Shown here one piece after another: positions 38,341 to 48,366 of a stretch of 64,000 bases of DNA; position 1 is the first letter of the stretch, and every line of letters starts with the position of its first letter. The notes beneath the pieces were generated by a model. That model did no database searches. It was given only the letters and a program-made list of their open reading frames with translations, and had not been told where the DNA came from. A program made the position numbers and the translations under genes. Origin of the DNA: Candidatus Saccharimonadales bacterium. GTDB taxonomy: Bacteria > Patescibacteriota > Saccharimonadia > Saccharimonadales > UBA10212. The stretch lies in the NCBI GenBank assembly GCA_038245195.1, contig JBBRSU010000003.1, positions 8,850 through 72,849 on the forward strand, given 5' to 3'.

Positions 38341-38713
38341 GGACGAATAGTTGCTGAGCTGAATTTAGCAATACAGCCAGCCCAGAAGTATTTTTGTGCA
38401 GGCAGGCTTTAACGTTAAGCTCGGTTAGGGATTCGTTATATAGCTCAACCTGTTGGCGCAATAGATCTGTGTAGATAATAACCGGGATATCCTGCCAGTC
38501 TGGGTAGCTGCGAAATTCGTACAAAAATTCTACACCACTACGGGCGGCCAGCTGGAGCTCGGTTATGACTAAATTGGGGCGTTTGGCATCGGCACTACTG
38601 ACCGCCGACTGGGGGTCGGAGTGCACAGTAACGCTATGTTCAGCATTTGCAAAATAACTTTTGATGCTGCCGGCGATGAGTGCGTCTGGCTCCAGAAGAA
38701 GAATATGTGCCAT
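38327..38713 (-). CDS. Atypical single-domain response regulator (pseudo-receiver)
   Basis: REC pattern ILLLEPD..PNLVITELQL..SGVEFL..IPVIIYT; Glu at the phosphoacceptor position. Confidence 0.85.
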   Translation of the reverse strand: MAHILLLEPDALIAGSIKSYFANAEHSVTVHSDPQSAVSSADAKRPNLVITELQLAARSGVEFLYEFRSYPDWQDIPVIIYTDLLRQQVELYNESLTELNVKACLHKNTSGLAVLLNSAQQLFVHAKV

Positions 38714-38714
38714 A

Positions 38715-39461
38715 TCAGATAATTTGAAGTTGTTTGCTGGCCGGTAACATGGTGGCTAGGCCAGGCAGATTATGGTGGGCCGCCGCCCGCAATGGCTGCC
38801 ACATGTTGCTACAAAGCATATCGGCCACTAACACTCCCGCGGCTGCACCAGCGGGTACGGCCGGCAAAGGTTGTCGGGCTTTGCCGACTAAACTTCGGGC
38901 GGCCCGTAAGGTTTTATCGCTTAGACCATGAACACTACTGAAAACTCCGGCAGCAATCACGTTATCTGGTGATCGGTGAGCCCCCAGCACCAGTCTGTAT
39001 GATTTTTTTTCTGACTGGGCAGCTTGGGCCCTGATAATACTGGTGGTAAGAATTTCTAAAGCTGAATTTAGACTGGCATGATGGGCTAAAATTGGTGTCA
39101 AGCGTGACTGAACGCTGACCTCTATGATTGTTTTATATTCCTTGGCATAAGAGCTAAGGTTGTGGGCAATATTTTCCAAAACTGCACCGATGGCCATGGG
39201 TTCCATGGGCAAACTGTGCAAGTCTTCGGCAGAGAGTAGCAATTTATAAGCTTCGATTAGCTGAAGGCCGGTGTCGATGCTAAGTACCGAACTGTGGACG
39301 TGTTGACGGGCAGCAGTTTTAGCAAAGTTATGACTTTGCAAGAGTTCGATAGAGGAGCGGACTTGAAGTAGAGGCAAAGACAAATCGTCGCTTAAGGTCA
39401 TTAATAATGCCCTTTGGCGTGCCAGTTCGTTGTGCTCTCTTGCTAACGTGGACTTCTTCAG
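38715..39461 (-). CDS. Degenerate histidine-kinase-like protein
   Basis: LSDDLSLPL at the H-box position, eroded HATPase motifs; start is CTG 39461 (with RBS) or ATG 39401. Confidence 0.65.
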   Translation of the reverse strand: MKKSTLAREHNELARQRALLMTLSDDLSLPLLQVRSSIELLQSHNFAKTAARQHVHSSVLSIDTGLQLIEAYKLLLSAEDLHSLPMEPMAIGAVLENIAHNLSSYAKEYKTIIEVSVQSRLTPILAHHASLNSALEILTTSIIRAQAAQSEKKSYRLVLGAHRSPDNVIAAGVFSSVHGLSDKTLRAARSLVGKARQPLPAVPAGAAAGVLVADMLCSNMWQPLRAAAHHNLPGLATMLPASKQLQII

Positions 39462-39535
39462 ACTTCTCCCCCTTTATACCCTAAAATTATAGCACCGGAA
39501 AAACCAGATTGAGTGTTGTAAAATGCCCGGAAATA

Positions 39536-40240
39536 TTAGGGGGCGAAACTTAAGCTGGGCAAGATAGTGTTACTGAAGTCGTTAAGGTAATCGTTTGACT
39601 GTGTGGAAATCTGAAGGGTTTTGTCTCGAACTTTTATAGCTAGTAGCGTACCGCGTTGGCTAGCATCGCTGCCATTAATTTGGCCACTAAACAGTGTTCC
39701 CGGCTGAACGTTTGTAACACCATTTAGCTTGGGAGGCAGGAAGGCTTTTGCCGTAACCGTTCCTGAGGCAATCTGTGAACTTAGCTGTTGGATAACTTGG
39801 GAATAATCGGTGGCTAGTAGTTCTAGGCGGAGAGCATAAGCAGTTTTACTCTGAATGCCGGGGACTTCATTAGGGTGAAAGTAAGCATTGATTGGTTCGC
39901 TAGTGTTGGTGGTATCCACATAAGCACTCCAAGTTTTGGGATAATTAAAAGTGATACTGCCATAAGTTGGCGAGCCGTGAAATGACTTATACGGTGATTT
40001 ACTTTGCTCATCGAAGTTGGCTTGAAGTTGAACGGCTTGAGCTTTTTTGGCGTTGTCTACGGCCACGGCAGACTTTTTATCAGAGTTGGTTTTGTAATCT
40101 TGCATTTTCATAAATGCCCAGCCACCGAAAACCAGTGAAGCTATCAAAAGGACTACCAAAACTATGCTTGTAAGAGTTTTTTTGCCACCACCAGAGCCTG
40201 AGTTATACGACACCGGCGAAGCTGGTTGCATAGGATTCAT
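39536..40240 (-). CDS. Membrane-anchored hypothetical protein (PsbP-like extracellular domain)
   Basis: One TM, then YGSITFNYPKTW and C-terminal ILPSLSF; start at MNPMQP. Confidence 0.65.
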   Translation of the reverse strand: MNPMQPASPVSYNSGSGGGKKTLTSIVLVVLLIASLVFGGWAFMKMQDYKTNSDKKSAVAVDNAKKAQAVQLQANFDEQSKSPYKSFHGSPTYGSITFNYPKTWSAYVDTTNTSEPINAYFHPNEVPGIQSKTAYALRLELLATDYSQVIQQLSSQIASGTVTAKAFLPPKLNGVTNVQPGTLFSGQINGSDASQRGTLLAIKVRDKTLQISTQSNDYLNDFSNTILPSLSFAP

Positions 40241-40280
40241 ATAGCTTATGTTAAAACAGATTGGCCCGGCTAGCAAGTTG

Positions 40281-40793
40281 TTAGTATTTATAGAGAAAGA
40301 CGCCGTATTTTTCGGCTGTAGGTTTTTTGTTGGGTATTTGAAAAGTGTGGCTAGCAAGTTTGAGCCCAGGCTTAGCTTGAAGTTTTAGCTTAGAGTCTAA
40401 CTTGACCATATATTTGGTGAGCAAAAAAACAAAAATGGCATCGGCTTTAGAGATATCGGCTGGCCAATAGTTAGCACAATGGAGCTGAATATTCTTTCGA
40501 TAACGGCGAGTGCTCAACCAAGCAATCGCAAACATAAAGGGGTTTAACTCATAGCCCACTGCCTTATAGCCACGCCTGGCAGCTACCTTTAGAAACCGAC
40601 CGTCGCCACAGCCTAAATCGTAGACTACCTGGCCTTTTTTTAAATCCAGTAAATCAAAAGCGGCTTGGATGTGAGGTTTTAGGCTTGGCAAATAAGGTGC
40701 CCCAAATAGTAGTACGTAACCATTGGCTAGTATCAATGTAATTCCTAAAGTCAGCAGACCGAATGCCAGCCAACCCCAAATCAGGCTCGACAT
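40281..40793 (-). CDS. Membrane-anchored class I SAM-dependent methyltransferase
   Basis: GAPYLP, YDLGCGDGR, GYELNP. Confidence 0.9.
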   Translation of the reverse strand: MSSLIWGWLAFGLLTLGITLILANGYVLLFGAPYLPSLKPHIQAAFDLLDLKKGQVVYDLGCGDGRFLKVAARRGYKAVGYELNPFMFAIAWLSTRRYRKNIQLHCANYWPADISKADAIFVFLLTKYMVKLDSKLKLQAKPGLKLASHTFQIPNKKPTAEKYGVFLYKY

Positions 40794-40797
40794 CTAC

Positions 40798-41004
40798 TTA
40801 GCCGTCAAACTTAGCCGCGATTCTTTTAACCCTATTCTCAGCAGTTTTTATATAATCTTCCATTTGCTTAAGAAGTTCTAAGGCTTGTTGATACTTATCG
40901 ACTGCTTGGTCTAAATCTAGTTGATCGGTCTCAAACCATTCCACCAATTGGTTGAGCTGGTCGGTCATGGCCTGATAGTTCTTGGGGTTTTTTGGTGATG
41001 CCAT
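40798..41004 (-). CDS. xseB: Exodeoxyribonuclease VII small subunit
   Basis: LDLDQAVDKYQQA..AENRV; adjacent to xseA. Confidence 0.9.
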   Translation of the reverse strand: MASPKNPKNYQAMTDQLNQLVEWFETDQLDLDQAVDKYQQALELLKQMEDYIKTAENRVKRIAAKFDG

Positions 41005-41009
41005 AATGA

Positions 41010-42119
41010 TTAGTTGTTTGAAACTGTTGCGCCTATTGTACCATCGGCCAGTTGGATGTTTAACTTATCTCTAGAATTCAAATTTTTGATGGTTTTTATA
41101 GTTTTGCCTCCCTTGCTGACTATGGCGTAGCCTCGCTTTAGGGCCGAATGTGGATCTAAGATATTTAGAAGTTTCTTAGTAGAGATTAGAGAGTTTTGTA
41201 TGTTTTTAAGAAGTAAATCTACTTGACTAGTCAAGTATTCCCTGTTAGTACCGATTTCCTGTCCGTGGTCTTGGAAGTTTCGGGCTAACGAGGTAGCAAT
41301 TAATTGTCTTAGATTATTCAGCTCAGAAATAACCTGGCTCCGATTCGGGGTAATTAGCTGAGCGGCGTTACTAGGCGTACTGGCCCGTAAATCGGCGGCT
41401 AGTTCGGCCAGACTGATATCGATTTCGTGTCCGACAGCCACAACTGTGGGAATTCGGCTAGCGGCCACTGCCCGTACTACCCGCTCATCGCTAAAGGTGG
41501 CTAGGTCTTCGGGACTACCTCCACCCCTGGTAATTACCAAAATATCGACAAGCTTAGGCGAGTTATTAAAGTATTCAATGGCTTTGATGATTTGCGGAGC
41601 CGATTGAGCGCCCTGGACAAAAACGTCGGCCAGCTGTATTTCTACCCCTCCCCAACGCTCGTTTAAAACTTTAATAAAGTCGGCATAGGCAGCTGAGCTA
41701 CCAGCGGTGATTAAGCCCAACTGGTGGGGTACGACTGGTAAGATTCGCTTGCGAGCCGGGTCGAAAAGGCCTTCGGCGGTAAGTTTGGTAGCCAGAAGAT
41801 CGGCGGCTTTTTTGATGGATCCCTCGCCGACTGGCGAGATGGAAGTGGCGTTGATATTAAAGCCAAATCTGGGGTGTAGGCGCGGACTACCCATGACTCT
41901 GATTTTTAAACCGTCTTGCAGCGGCCCCGGCAACATATAAACCGTACCGAAGAATTTAACACTGGCGATATCGTCCTGGAGGTCGAAGTAAACCCAACGA
42001 TTTTTACTGACTCTAAAGTTGGTTAGCTCGCCCTCTATCACAACGCTAGAGTAAGCGAATTCTAAAGTTTGGTTGAGCAGATCTACAAAATCGGCTGGGC
42101 TAAGTACAGGTCCGTCCAT
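41010..42119 (-). CDS. xseA: Exodeoxyribonuclease VII large subunit
   Basis: IEGELTNF, TRGGGSPEDL, VGHEID, TPSNAA, LKRGYA. Confidence 0.96.
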   Translation of the reverse strand: MDGPVLSPADFVDLLNQTLEFAYSSVVIEGELTNFRVSKNRWVYFDLQDDIASVKFFGTVYMLPGPLQDGLKIRVMGSPRLHPRFGFNINATSISPVGEGSIKKAADLLATKLTAEGLFDPARKRILPVVPHQLGLITAGSSAAYADFIKVLNERWGGVEIQLADVFVQGAQSAPQIIKAIEYFNNSPKLVDILVITRGGGSPEDLATFSDERVVRAVAASRIPTVVAVGHEIDISLAELAADLRASTPSNAAQLITPNRSQVISELNNLRQLIATSLARNFQDHGQEIGTNREYLTSQVDLLLKNIQNSLISTKKLLNILDPHSALKRGYAIVSKGGKTIKTIKNLNSRDKLNIQLADGTIGATVSNN

Positions 42120-43174
42120 TAGCGCTTCCTATCAGGACCACCGCGCAAGGCTTTTTGATAAAAGTAGTAACCAGGAGTCAGCTGTATGATCATATTCAAA
42201 ACTCGATACATAATTGTAACTGGTATGCTTAGGCCAGCAGCAATGCCAGTGGCGGCTAATACACCGGTCATCAAGCCTTCATAGACACCAATTCCGGCGG
42301 GTAGAACCGAGATCAAGCCAGCAAAATTAGCCACCGCATAAGCCAATATTACCGCCCCAACGTTTACTAAACGGCCAAACGCGATATAAACCACATAAAT
42401 TGCCGCCACTTCGGTAATATTGGCCAGAAGCATATATACCAGCGGCATTTTTAATTCCCGCCAATTTTCTTTAAAAAGTTTATAATTATCATGCAGTTCG
42501 TTAAAGGCATCTTGAGCCAGAGCGATATTAATTGTCTCGGGCTTGCGTTTAACAACACTAAGGAGTTTATTCAATAGTTTAGTTAGAGTAGTCAGGAAGG
42601 TATTAATGCGACTACGGCTTTCAATCATGTAAACGAAGGCAAAAGTGCCTACAACCAGCAAGGTGACAATCGAGCTAGCCACCACCATTATAAGATTGCT
42701 AACGTGGCCACGTATGGCTAGCAGGAACACTCCGGTGATTAGTAGCGGTTGGAAGCTAATGAATAACAGAAGTAGCTTCATTAATTGTCCGAGTGTGGCT
42801 TTAGGGCCACTGACTCCAAAGGCCCGCATTCTGACAGTAAAGTACGAAATCCCGCTAACTCCACCACTAGGCAAAATATGATTCACAAAATTCAGCTCTA
42901 GATTCAGCTTATACATGTCCTTGTATTCCACTTTATTGCCTAAAATTTTAAACAAGCTGATGTACAAGCGAGTGTAAGCATCGTAGTTTATGGCCTCGAT
43001 AGGAATTAGCAATAACAATGCTACGGCATTAACTTTACCGAGATTATCTAGCACCCCGCCAATGTCCTTCCGGACGCCATAAATCAAGACAACCAGAGCA
43101 ATAAACGTAACCGCAGTTAGAGCCATTCGCCATTTGGAGCGTTTGATGCGGGTACCTTCTACGTGAGTTTCCAT
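42119..43174 (-). CDS. Lysylphosphatidylglycerol synthase TM/flippase-like (UPF0104) membrane protein
   Basis: NHILPSGGVSG, PAGIGVYE, YR motif; multiple TM. Confidence 0.85.
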   Translation of the reverse strand: METHVEGTRIKRSKWRMALTAVTFIALVVLIYGVRKDIGGVLDNLGKVNAVALLLLIPIEAINYDAYTRLYISLFKILGNKVEYKDMYKLNLELNFVNHILPSGGVSGISYFTVRMRAFGVSGPKATLGQLMKLLLLFISFQPLLITGVFLLAIRGHVSNLIMVVASSIVTLLVVGTFAFVYMIESRSRINTFLTTLTKLLNKLLSVVKRKPETINIALAQDAFNELHDNYKLFKENWRELKMPLVYMLLANITEVAAIYVVYIAFGRLVNVGAVILAYAVANFAGLISVLPAGIGVYEGLMTGVLAATGIAAGLSIPVTIMYRVLNMIIQLTPGYYFYQKALRGGPDRKR

Positions 43175-43202
43175 TTCTATTTGATTATACTAGAGTTCAG
43201 CT

Positions 43203-44408
43203 ATGAGTTTATTTGAAGCAAAAACCATTTGTATTTTAGGCCGACAACCAGAGCTAGGCTTAGCTGAATTAGAGAGTATCTATGGAGCAGACCACTTAAT
43301 GCCAATCGGTAATCAAGTCCTGCTTGATATACCGGCAGACTACATTAACTTCAGTCAGCTGGGTGGCACAATTAAGACCGCTCGCATACTGGATATCATT
43401 GATACCAACCAATGGTCAAAGTTAGCTAATTATTTGATAGAAAAAGTGCCGCCATACGTAAAAGATTTAGACGAAGGCAAATTTACCTTAGGTTTGAGTT
43501 TATACGGCTTAAATGTGCCAATAAAACAGATTGAGGCCTGCTTATTGGAGATTAAAAAACAGATTAAAAAATCAGGCCGTCCGGTACGAATTGTGCCTAA
43601 CAAAGCATCCGAACTTAATAGCGCCCAGGTTTTACATAACAAATTAACTCATAAGGGGGCCTGGGAGCTGTTATTTATCAAGAATGGCGACAAGACCTAC
43701 TTAGCTCAAACTTTGTTTGTGCAGGATATTGAGGCTTACGCCGGCCGTGACCAAGCCCGGCCGGCCCGCGATAGCCGAGTGGGAATGTTGCCGCCCAAAT
43801 TAGCTCAAATTATGGTTAATCTTGCAATTGGCCAGTTCAGCCAAGCCGGTGTCACTCCAGAAAATATCAAATTATTAGACCCTTTTTGTGGCACCGGTGT
43901 AATCCTACAAGAGGCATTATTAATGGGCTACAGTGTGATAGGCAGTGATATAGACGAGCGGATGGTTGAATACAGTCAACGAAATATAAGATGGTTATTT
44001 GAGAAATATTCAAAACTTGAAGCTAGCGTAGACATTGAAACAGCTGATGCCACCAGTTTTACTTGGCCCGGTTTTAGTAGCTTAGCCAGTGAAGTATATC
44101 TGGGTCGCCCGCTAAACTCCCTGCCACCACATGATAAGCTCAAAGAAATAGTTAGCGATACAGATTTAATTATCAGAAAGTTCTTAAAAAATCTGGCACC
44201 CCAGCTAAAATCTGGCCAAGCTTTGTGTTTGGCGGTACCAGCTTGGCGTAAGCCCAATGGTGAGCTGATACAATTGCCACTACTTGCTAAATTAACAGAT
44301 ATGGGCTACACTTATTGGGACTTAAAACACGTGCCATTAGAACAGCTAGTTTACTTTAGAGAAAACCAAGTTGTGGCCCGCAGGTTATTAAGACTAAAAA
44401 AGACATAG
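43203..44408 (+). CDS. Trm11-like RNA methyltransferase
   Basis: GMLPPKLAQIMVN, LLDPFCGTG, GSDID. Confidence 0.85.
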   Translation: MSLFEAKTICILGRQPELGLAELESIYGADHLMPIGNQVLLDIPADYINFSQLGGTIKTARILDIIDTNQWSKLANYLIEKVPPYVKDLDEGKFTLGLSLYGLNVPIKQIEACLLEIKKQIKKSGRPVRIVPNKASELNSAQVLHNKLTHKGAWELLFIKNGDKTYLAQTLFVQDIEAYAGRDQARPARDSRVGMLPPKLAQIMVNLAIGQFSQAGVTPENIKLLDPFCGTGVILQEALLMGYSVIGSDIDERMVEYSQRNIRWLFEKYSKLEASVDIETADATSFTWPGFSSLASEVYLGRPLNSLPPHDKLKEIVSDTDLIIRKFLKNLAPQLKSGQALCLAVPAWRKPNGELIQLPLLAKLTDMGYTYWDLKHVPLEQLVYFRENQVVARRLLRLKKT

Positions 44409-44423
44409 GAATTATTCACACAC

Positions 44424-44696
44424 ATGAGTCATGTAAAAGCTGGCGGTACAGCAAAAAATAACCGAGACAGCCAAGGCCAACGCCTTGGTGTTAAAGTATG
44501 GGGCGGCCAAAAGGTTAAAGCCGGTGATATTATTATTAGACAAGTTGGCCAGAATAAACGCTCGGGGGCTGGTACATTTATATCACGCAATTTTACGATT
44601 CACGCTGCTAAAGACGGAGTTGTGGCCTTTAACGAACGCCGAGTCCGAAAATTCAGCGGCCGTTCAGTACCCCGCACCGAAGTCACCGTCGAATAA
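44424..44696 (+). CDS. rpmA: 50S ribosomal protein L27
   Basis: SHVKAGGTAKNNRDSQGQRLGVK..IIIRQ. Confidence 0.97.
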   Translation: MSHVKAGGTAKNNRDSQGQRLGVKVWGGQKVKAGDIIIRQVGQNKRSGAGTFISRNFTIHAAKDGVVAFNERRVRKFSGRSVPRTEVTVE

Positions 44697-44697
44697 T

Positions 44698-45318
44698 TTA
44701 GCTACCGAATTTTGTTATTTTTGGAGCTTCTATTTCGGTTACTGAGTCCAAGTAACCTTCTGGAGCCTGTGTCGCTCCAATAAAAATCAATTGCTCGTCC
44801 CTTATATGTACTGCCAGCTGACGCCTTGACACACTCCTGTAAAACAAATGAACGTTTTGCTCTAGAGGTCGAAACGACCCTAGATCGTACCATTGGATAG
44901 AGCTTTCCCGGCCGATTGTCGAGGGATGAGTCTCTGGTATAAATCCGATTGCTCCTAGCTGTGTTTCGTCGGGCGGCCTTACCACCACCACTCTCGATGT
45001 ACTGCGCTCTTTAAGGGCGTTTTTCACCAGTCTCTTGTAGTCTGAATCATCGACTAATTGGATCGAGTAAAAGTCTAATTCTTGGGACGGAAAAGCTTCT
45101 TCACCCGGGCTTCCTTTAGTACCGCCCAGCTTAAGTTTAGCCACTAGTTCCCCGCCCATGTATTCTAGACGTCTGCCATTATGAAGCGGAACCGCTACGA
45201 CATTGTTATAGCCTATTGTCTCGTGTAATAAAGTTGGACTATCTTGTTCTTGGGCACTACCATGTTCCGAATTATTCACATCGATTGTAGGTTCCTGAGT
45301 TGATAAATCTTCGCCCAT
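44698..45318 (-). CDS. Hypothetical protein with C-terminal FHA-like domain
   Basis: STIGRE...SVSRRQLAVHIRD resembles the FHA GR..SRxH pattern. Confidence 0.55.
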   Translation of the reverse strand: MGEDLSTQEPTIDVNNSEHGSAQEQDSPTLLHETIGYNNVVAVPLHNGRRLEYMGGELVAKLKLGGTKGSPGEEAFPSQELDFYSIQLVDDSDYKRLVKNALKERSTSRVVVVRPPDETQLGAIGFIPETHPSTIGRESSIQWYDLGSFRPLEQNVHLFYRSVSRRQLAVHIRDEQLIFIGATQAPEGYLDSVTEIEAPKITKFGS

Positions 45319-45354
45319 TTTTTTGTTTCCTATTTATAAAATATGAATAACAGG

Positions 45355-46971
45355 TTAGCCTTTTTTGGCAAGGGCGGCTTTTATGAAAGCCATGTATAGC
45401 GGATGTGGGCGGTTAGGTCGGCTCCGGAATTCGGGGTGGGCTTGGGTGCCCACAAAAAATGGGTGACCAAGAGCCTCTACCATTTCCACCAACTTGCCAT
45501 CTGGTGAAGTACCGCTAATCTTTAGGCCCCAAGCTTGGTATTGATCGCGGTATTTATTGTTGGCTTCGTAGCGGTGCCGGTGGCGCTCCACAATTTCGGC
45601 CTGGCCATAAACTTTTCGGGCAATTGTACCCCGCTCTAGGGCACAAGCCCAATCGCCTAAACGCATAGTTCCACCGGTGTTTTCCTTGCCAACTTGCTCG
45701 GCCATGGTGCTAATTACCGGGTCTTGGGTTTGGCTATTAAATTCGGTGGAGTTGGCTTTGGCCAGCCCGGCCCGCCGGGCCATAGCAATTATCGAGACTT
45801 GCATGCCCAGGCAAATGCCTAAGTAAGGAATTCTATTCTCATAAGCATAAGTGGCAGCCCAAATTTTGCCTTCGGAACCACGACTACCAAAACCTGGTAA
45901 ACCAACAATGCCGTCTATATCAGCTAGTTGAGTGCGATATTTTTTGTCTTTTTCTAAGGCTTCGGCGTCAATCCAGCTAATATCCACATTAACGTCGTTA
46001 GCCCAGCCAGAGGCTCTAAGAGCTTCGGTGAGAGACATATAGGTATCTTGGTTATCGAGGTATTTGGCGATGACCCCAATTTTAACGTTTTTACGATATT
46101 TAGTCAGAGCACTTTTGACCATCCGATTCCAGGACGTTAAGTTAGCAGTTTGAGCCCGAACTCCCAACCGACCGGTAATCACGTTACCGATACCACTATC
46201 TTCTAGTGTCAGGGGAACTTGGTAGATAGTTTGAGCATTAGGCAGTAGCACCAGGGCCCGTTGGTCAACCCCAGAAAACAAACTCAGCTTTGTTAGGATT
46301 GATTTAGGCGGTTTAACTTCTGAGCGAACTACTAGCACATCTGGCACTATGCCCAGGCCTCGCAGTTCCCGTACGGCATTTTGAGCCGGTTTAGTTTTGA
46401 ACTCTCCACTAGCACCTAAGTACGGTACGTAGACAACGTGCACAAACAGGCAATCCTCGGATGGTAATTTCATAGATAGCTCGCGGATAGCTTCTATAAA
46501 ACTCAGGGACTCGTAATCGCCGACGGTACCGCCAACTTCGGCAATGTGAATGTCAAAACCTTTGCCAGTTTTGACGATAGTTTCCTGAATATGATTAGTA
46601 ACGTGTGGAATAATTTGGACGGTTTTCCCGAGGTATTTACCAGCTCGCTCGGCTTCGATTACCTCCCGCAAGATTCGCCCGGACATCATGCTGCTGGGCT
46701 GGGTTAACTCGATATCCAAAAATCGCTCGTAGTGACCAAGGTCTAAATCGGTCTCGGCACCGTCGCGGGTTACAAAGCACTCGCCGTGCTCGGAGGGGTT
46801 AAGTGTACCGGCATCGACATTTAAATAAGGGTCGCACTTTTGAATGTTTACGGATAAGCCACGGGCTTTCAAGATAGTGCCGATAGAAGCAGCGGTGATG
46901 CCCTTGCCAACGCCAGATAGCACGCCGCCGGTTACAAACACATACTTGGTATTAGCCCTGGCTCTAGCCAC
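45355..46971 (-). CDS. pyrG: CTP synthase
   Basis: FVTGGVLSGVGKG, KTKPAQ, GICLGMQ, ERHRHRYE, QAHPEF. Confidence 0.98.
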   Translation of the reverse strand: MARARANTKYVFVTGGVLSGVGKGITAASIGTILKARGLSVNIQKCDPYLNVDAGTLNPSEHGECFVTRDGAETDLDLGHYERFLDIELTQPSSMMSGRILREVIEAERAGKYLGKTVQIIPHVTNHIQETIVKTGKGFDIHIAEVGGTVGDYESLSFIEAIRELSMKLPSEDCLFVHVVYVPYLGASGEFKTKPAQNAVRELRGLGIVPDVLVVRSEVKPPKSILTKLSLFSGVDQRALVLLPNAQTIYQVPLTLEDSGIGNVITGRLGVRAQTANLTSWNRMVKSALTKYRKNVKIGVIAKYLDNQDTYMSLTEALRASGWANDVNVDISWIDAEALEKDKKYRTQLADIDGIVGLPGFGSRGSEGKIWAATYAYENRIPYLGICLGMQVSIIAMARRAGLAKANSTEFNSQTQDPVISTMAEQVGKENTGGTMRLGDWACALERGTIARKVYGQAEIVERHRHRYEANNKYRDQYQAWGLKISGTSPDGKLVEMVEALGHPFFVGTQAHPEFRSRPNRPHPLYMAFIKAALAKKG

Positions 46972-47076
46972 TGCTTACTCGTGCTCCCTCTTAAATTAAC
47001 TGCTTAAAATATAACATAGAAAGGATGACTGATATAGAGATCTTGGCTCTAAAAATACTTGACTTGTTAAGTATTC

Positions 47077-48303
47077 TTAGAACTTAGCCTGTAGTAATTC
47101 GTAGGCCTTGTCTTTTTGGGAATCTTTGCCGGCCTGAATGTCGGCATCAGAGTTACTGACCGTAACATCTGGGGTAATCCCCTGTTTATCGATGTTTTTA
47201 CCATTAGGTGTGTACCAACGAGCAATGGTGATTTTGAGCTCTGAACCATCTGGCAAGTTTTCGACTTGCTGAACACTGCCCTTCCCGAAACTTTTTTCGC
47301 CGATTAACTGGGCGATGCCATTGTCGTGCAAGGCCCCAGCAGTGATTTCGCTAGCACTGGCGCTGCCGGCATCGATTAATACAACCGTTGGTAAGCCTTT
47401 TAGTAAATTTCCGCCACTGGCATATTCGGTACTAACTACGGTGGTGCCACGGCGTTCTGAAACAACTGTCTTGCCTTTGTCTAGCCATAAGCTGGAGACA
47501 CTAACGGCTCCATTTAAGTAACCACCGGGGTCGCCGCGTAAATCTAGCACCACGGCCTTAACATTTTTGGCTTTAAATTCTTGGGCGGCTTTAGTGGCCA
47601 GCTCGACGGTGTCGTTACTGAATTGGCTGATTTTGAGATAGCCGATGTCGCCGTCTTCTTGATATTTAACACTCGGAATTGTGATTTTTTCGCGAGTGAT
47701 GGTTACATCGAATGGTTTGTCGCTACCCCGGACAACCGTTAGCGTAACTTTGGTGCCGGCTTGGCCACGAATTTTACTAACCACCGCATCGACACTCATG
47801 CCCTGGGTAATTTTGGTATCGACGGCGGCAATGATGTCTTTGGGTTTCAGGCCGGCTTTGGCGGCCGGATAACCTGAGAGTGGTGAGACGATTACAATAT
47901 TATTTTGGTCGTTAGTGCCTAGCTCGGCACCGATGCCGGTAATGGTGCCACTAAGCGCGTTATTAAAGGTTTTTGCGTCGGTAGTATTGAAATACTCGGT
48001 GTAAGGATCACCGGCGGCGTTAACTAGGCCGGTTTTAAGCCCATCGGTTAGTTTTTTCTGATCTAGATTACCATCAAAATCGTTTTTTAGGATTGAATAA
48101 ACCGAATCGACTGACGAGTAATCCAGCGGGCTTGAGCTCGTGCCGCTGATCTGTTTTGATTCCCAAATCCGAATGTTTCCTCGGCCAACCGCCATGCCAG
48201 TTCCAAAGATCACAGCTACCAGCACTAGGCTGGCGATAATTTTTTTAAATGACCAGCGCCGATGGCCGGACTCAACATAATGCTCCTCAGGTTCTGAATG
48301 CAC
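47077..48303 (-). CDS. ctpA: Carboxyl-terminal processing protease (S41A, PDZ)
   Basis: GIGAE, LDLRGDPGG, SASASE, SFGKGSVQ. Confidence 0.93.
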   Translation of the reverse strand: MHSEPEEHYVESGHRRWSFKKIIASLVLVAVIFGTGMAVGRGNIRIWESKQISGTSSSPLDYSSVDSVYSILKNDFDGNLDQKKLTDGLKTGLVNAAGDPYTEYFNTTDAKTFNNALSGTITGIGAELGTNDQNNIVIVSPLSGYPAAKAGLKPKDIIAAVDTKITQGMSVDAVVSKIRGQAGTKVTLTVVRGSDKPFDVTITREKITIPSVKYQEDGDIGYLKISQFSNDTVELATKAAQEFKAKNVKAVVLDLRGDPGGYLNGAVSVSSLWLDKGKTVVSERRGTTVVSTEYASGGNLLKGLPTVVLIDAGSASASEITAGALHDNGIAQLIGEKSFGKGSVQQVENLPDGSELKITIARWYTPNGKNIDKQGITPDVTVSNSDADIQAGKDSQKDKAYELLQAKF

Positions 48304-48366
48304 CCTTAAATCCCCTCTTTGTTATTAACATTAACACTTATTATAGCTTATGGTTTGAACAGATTT

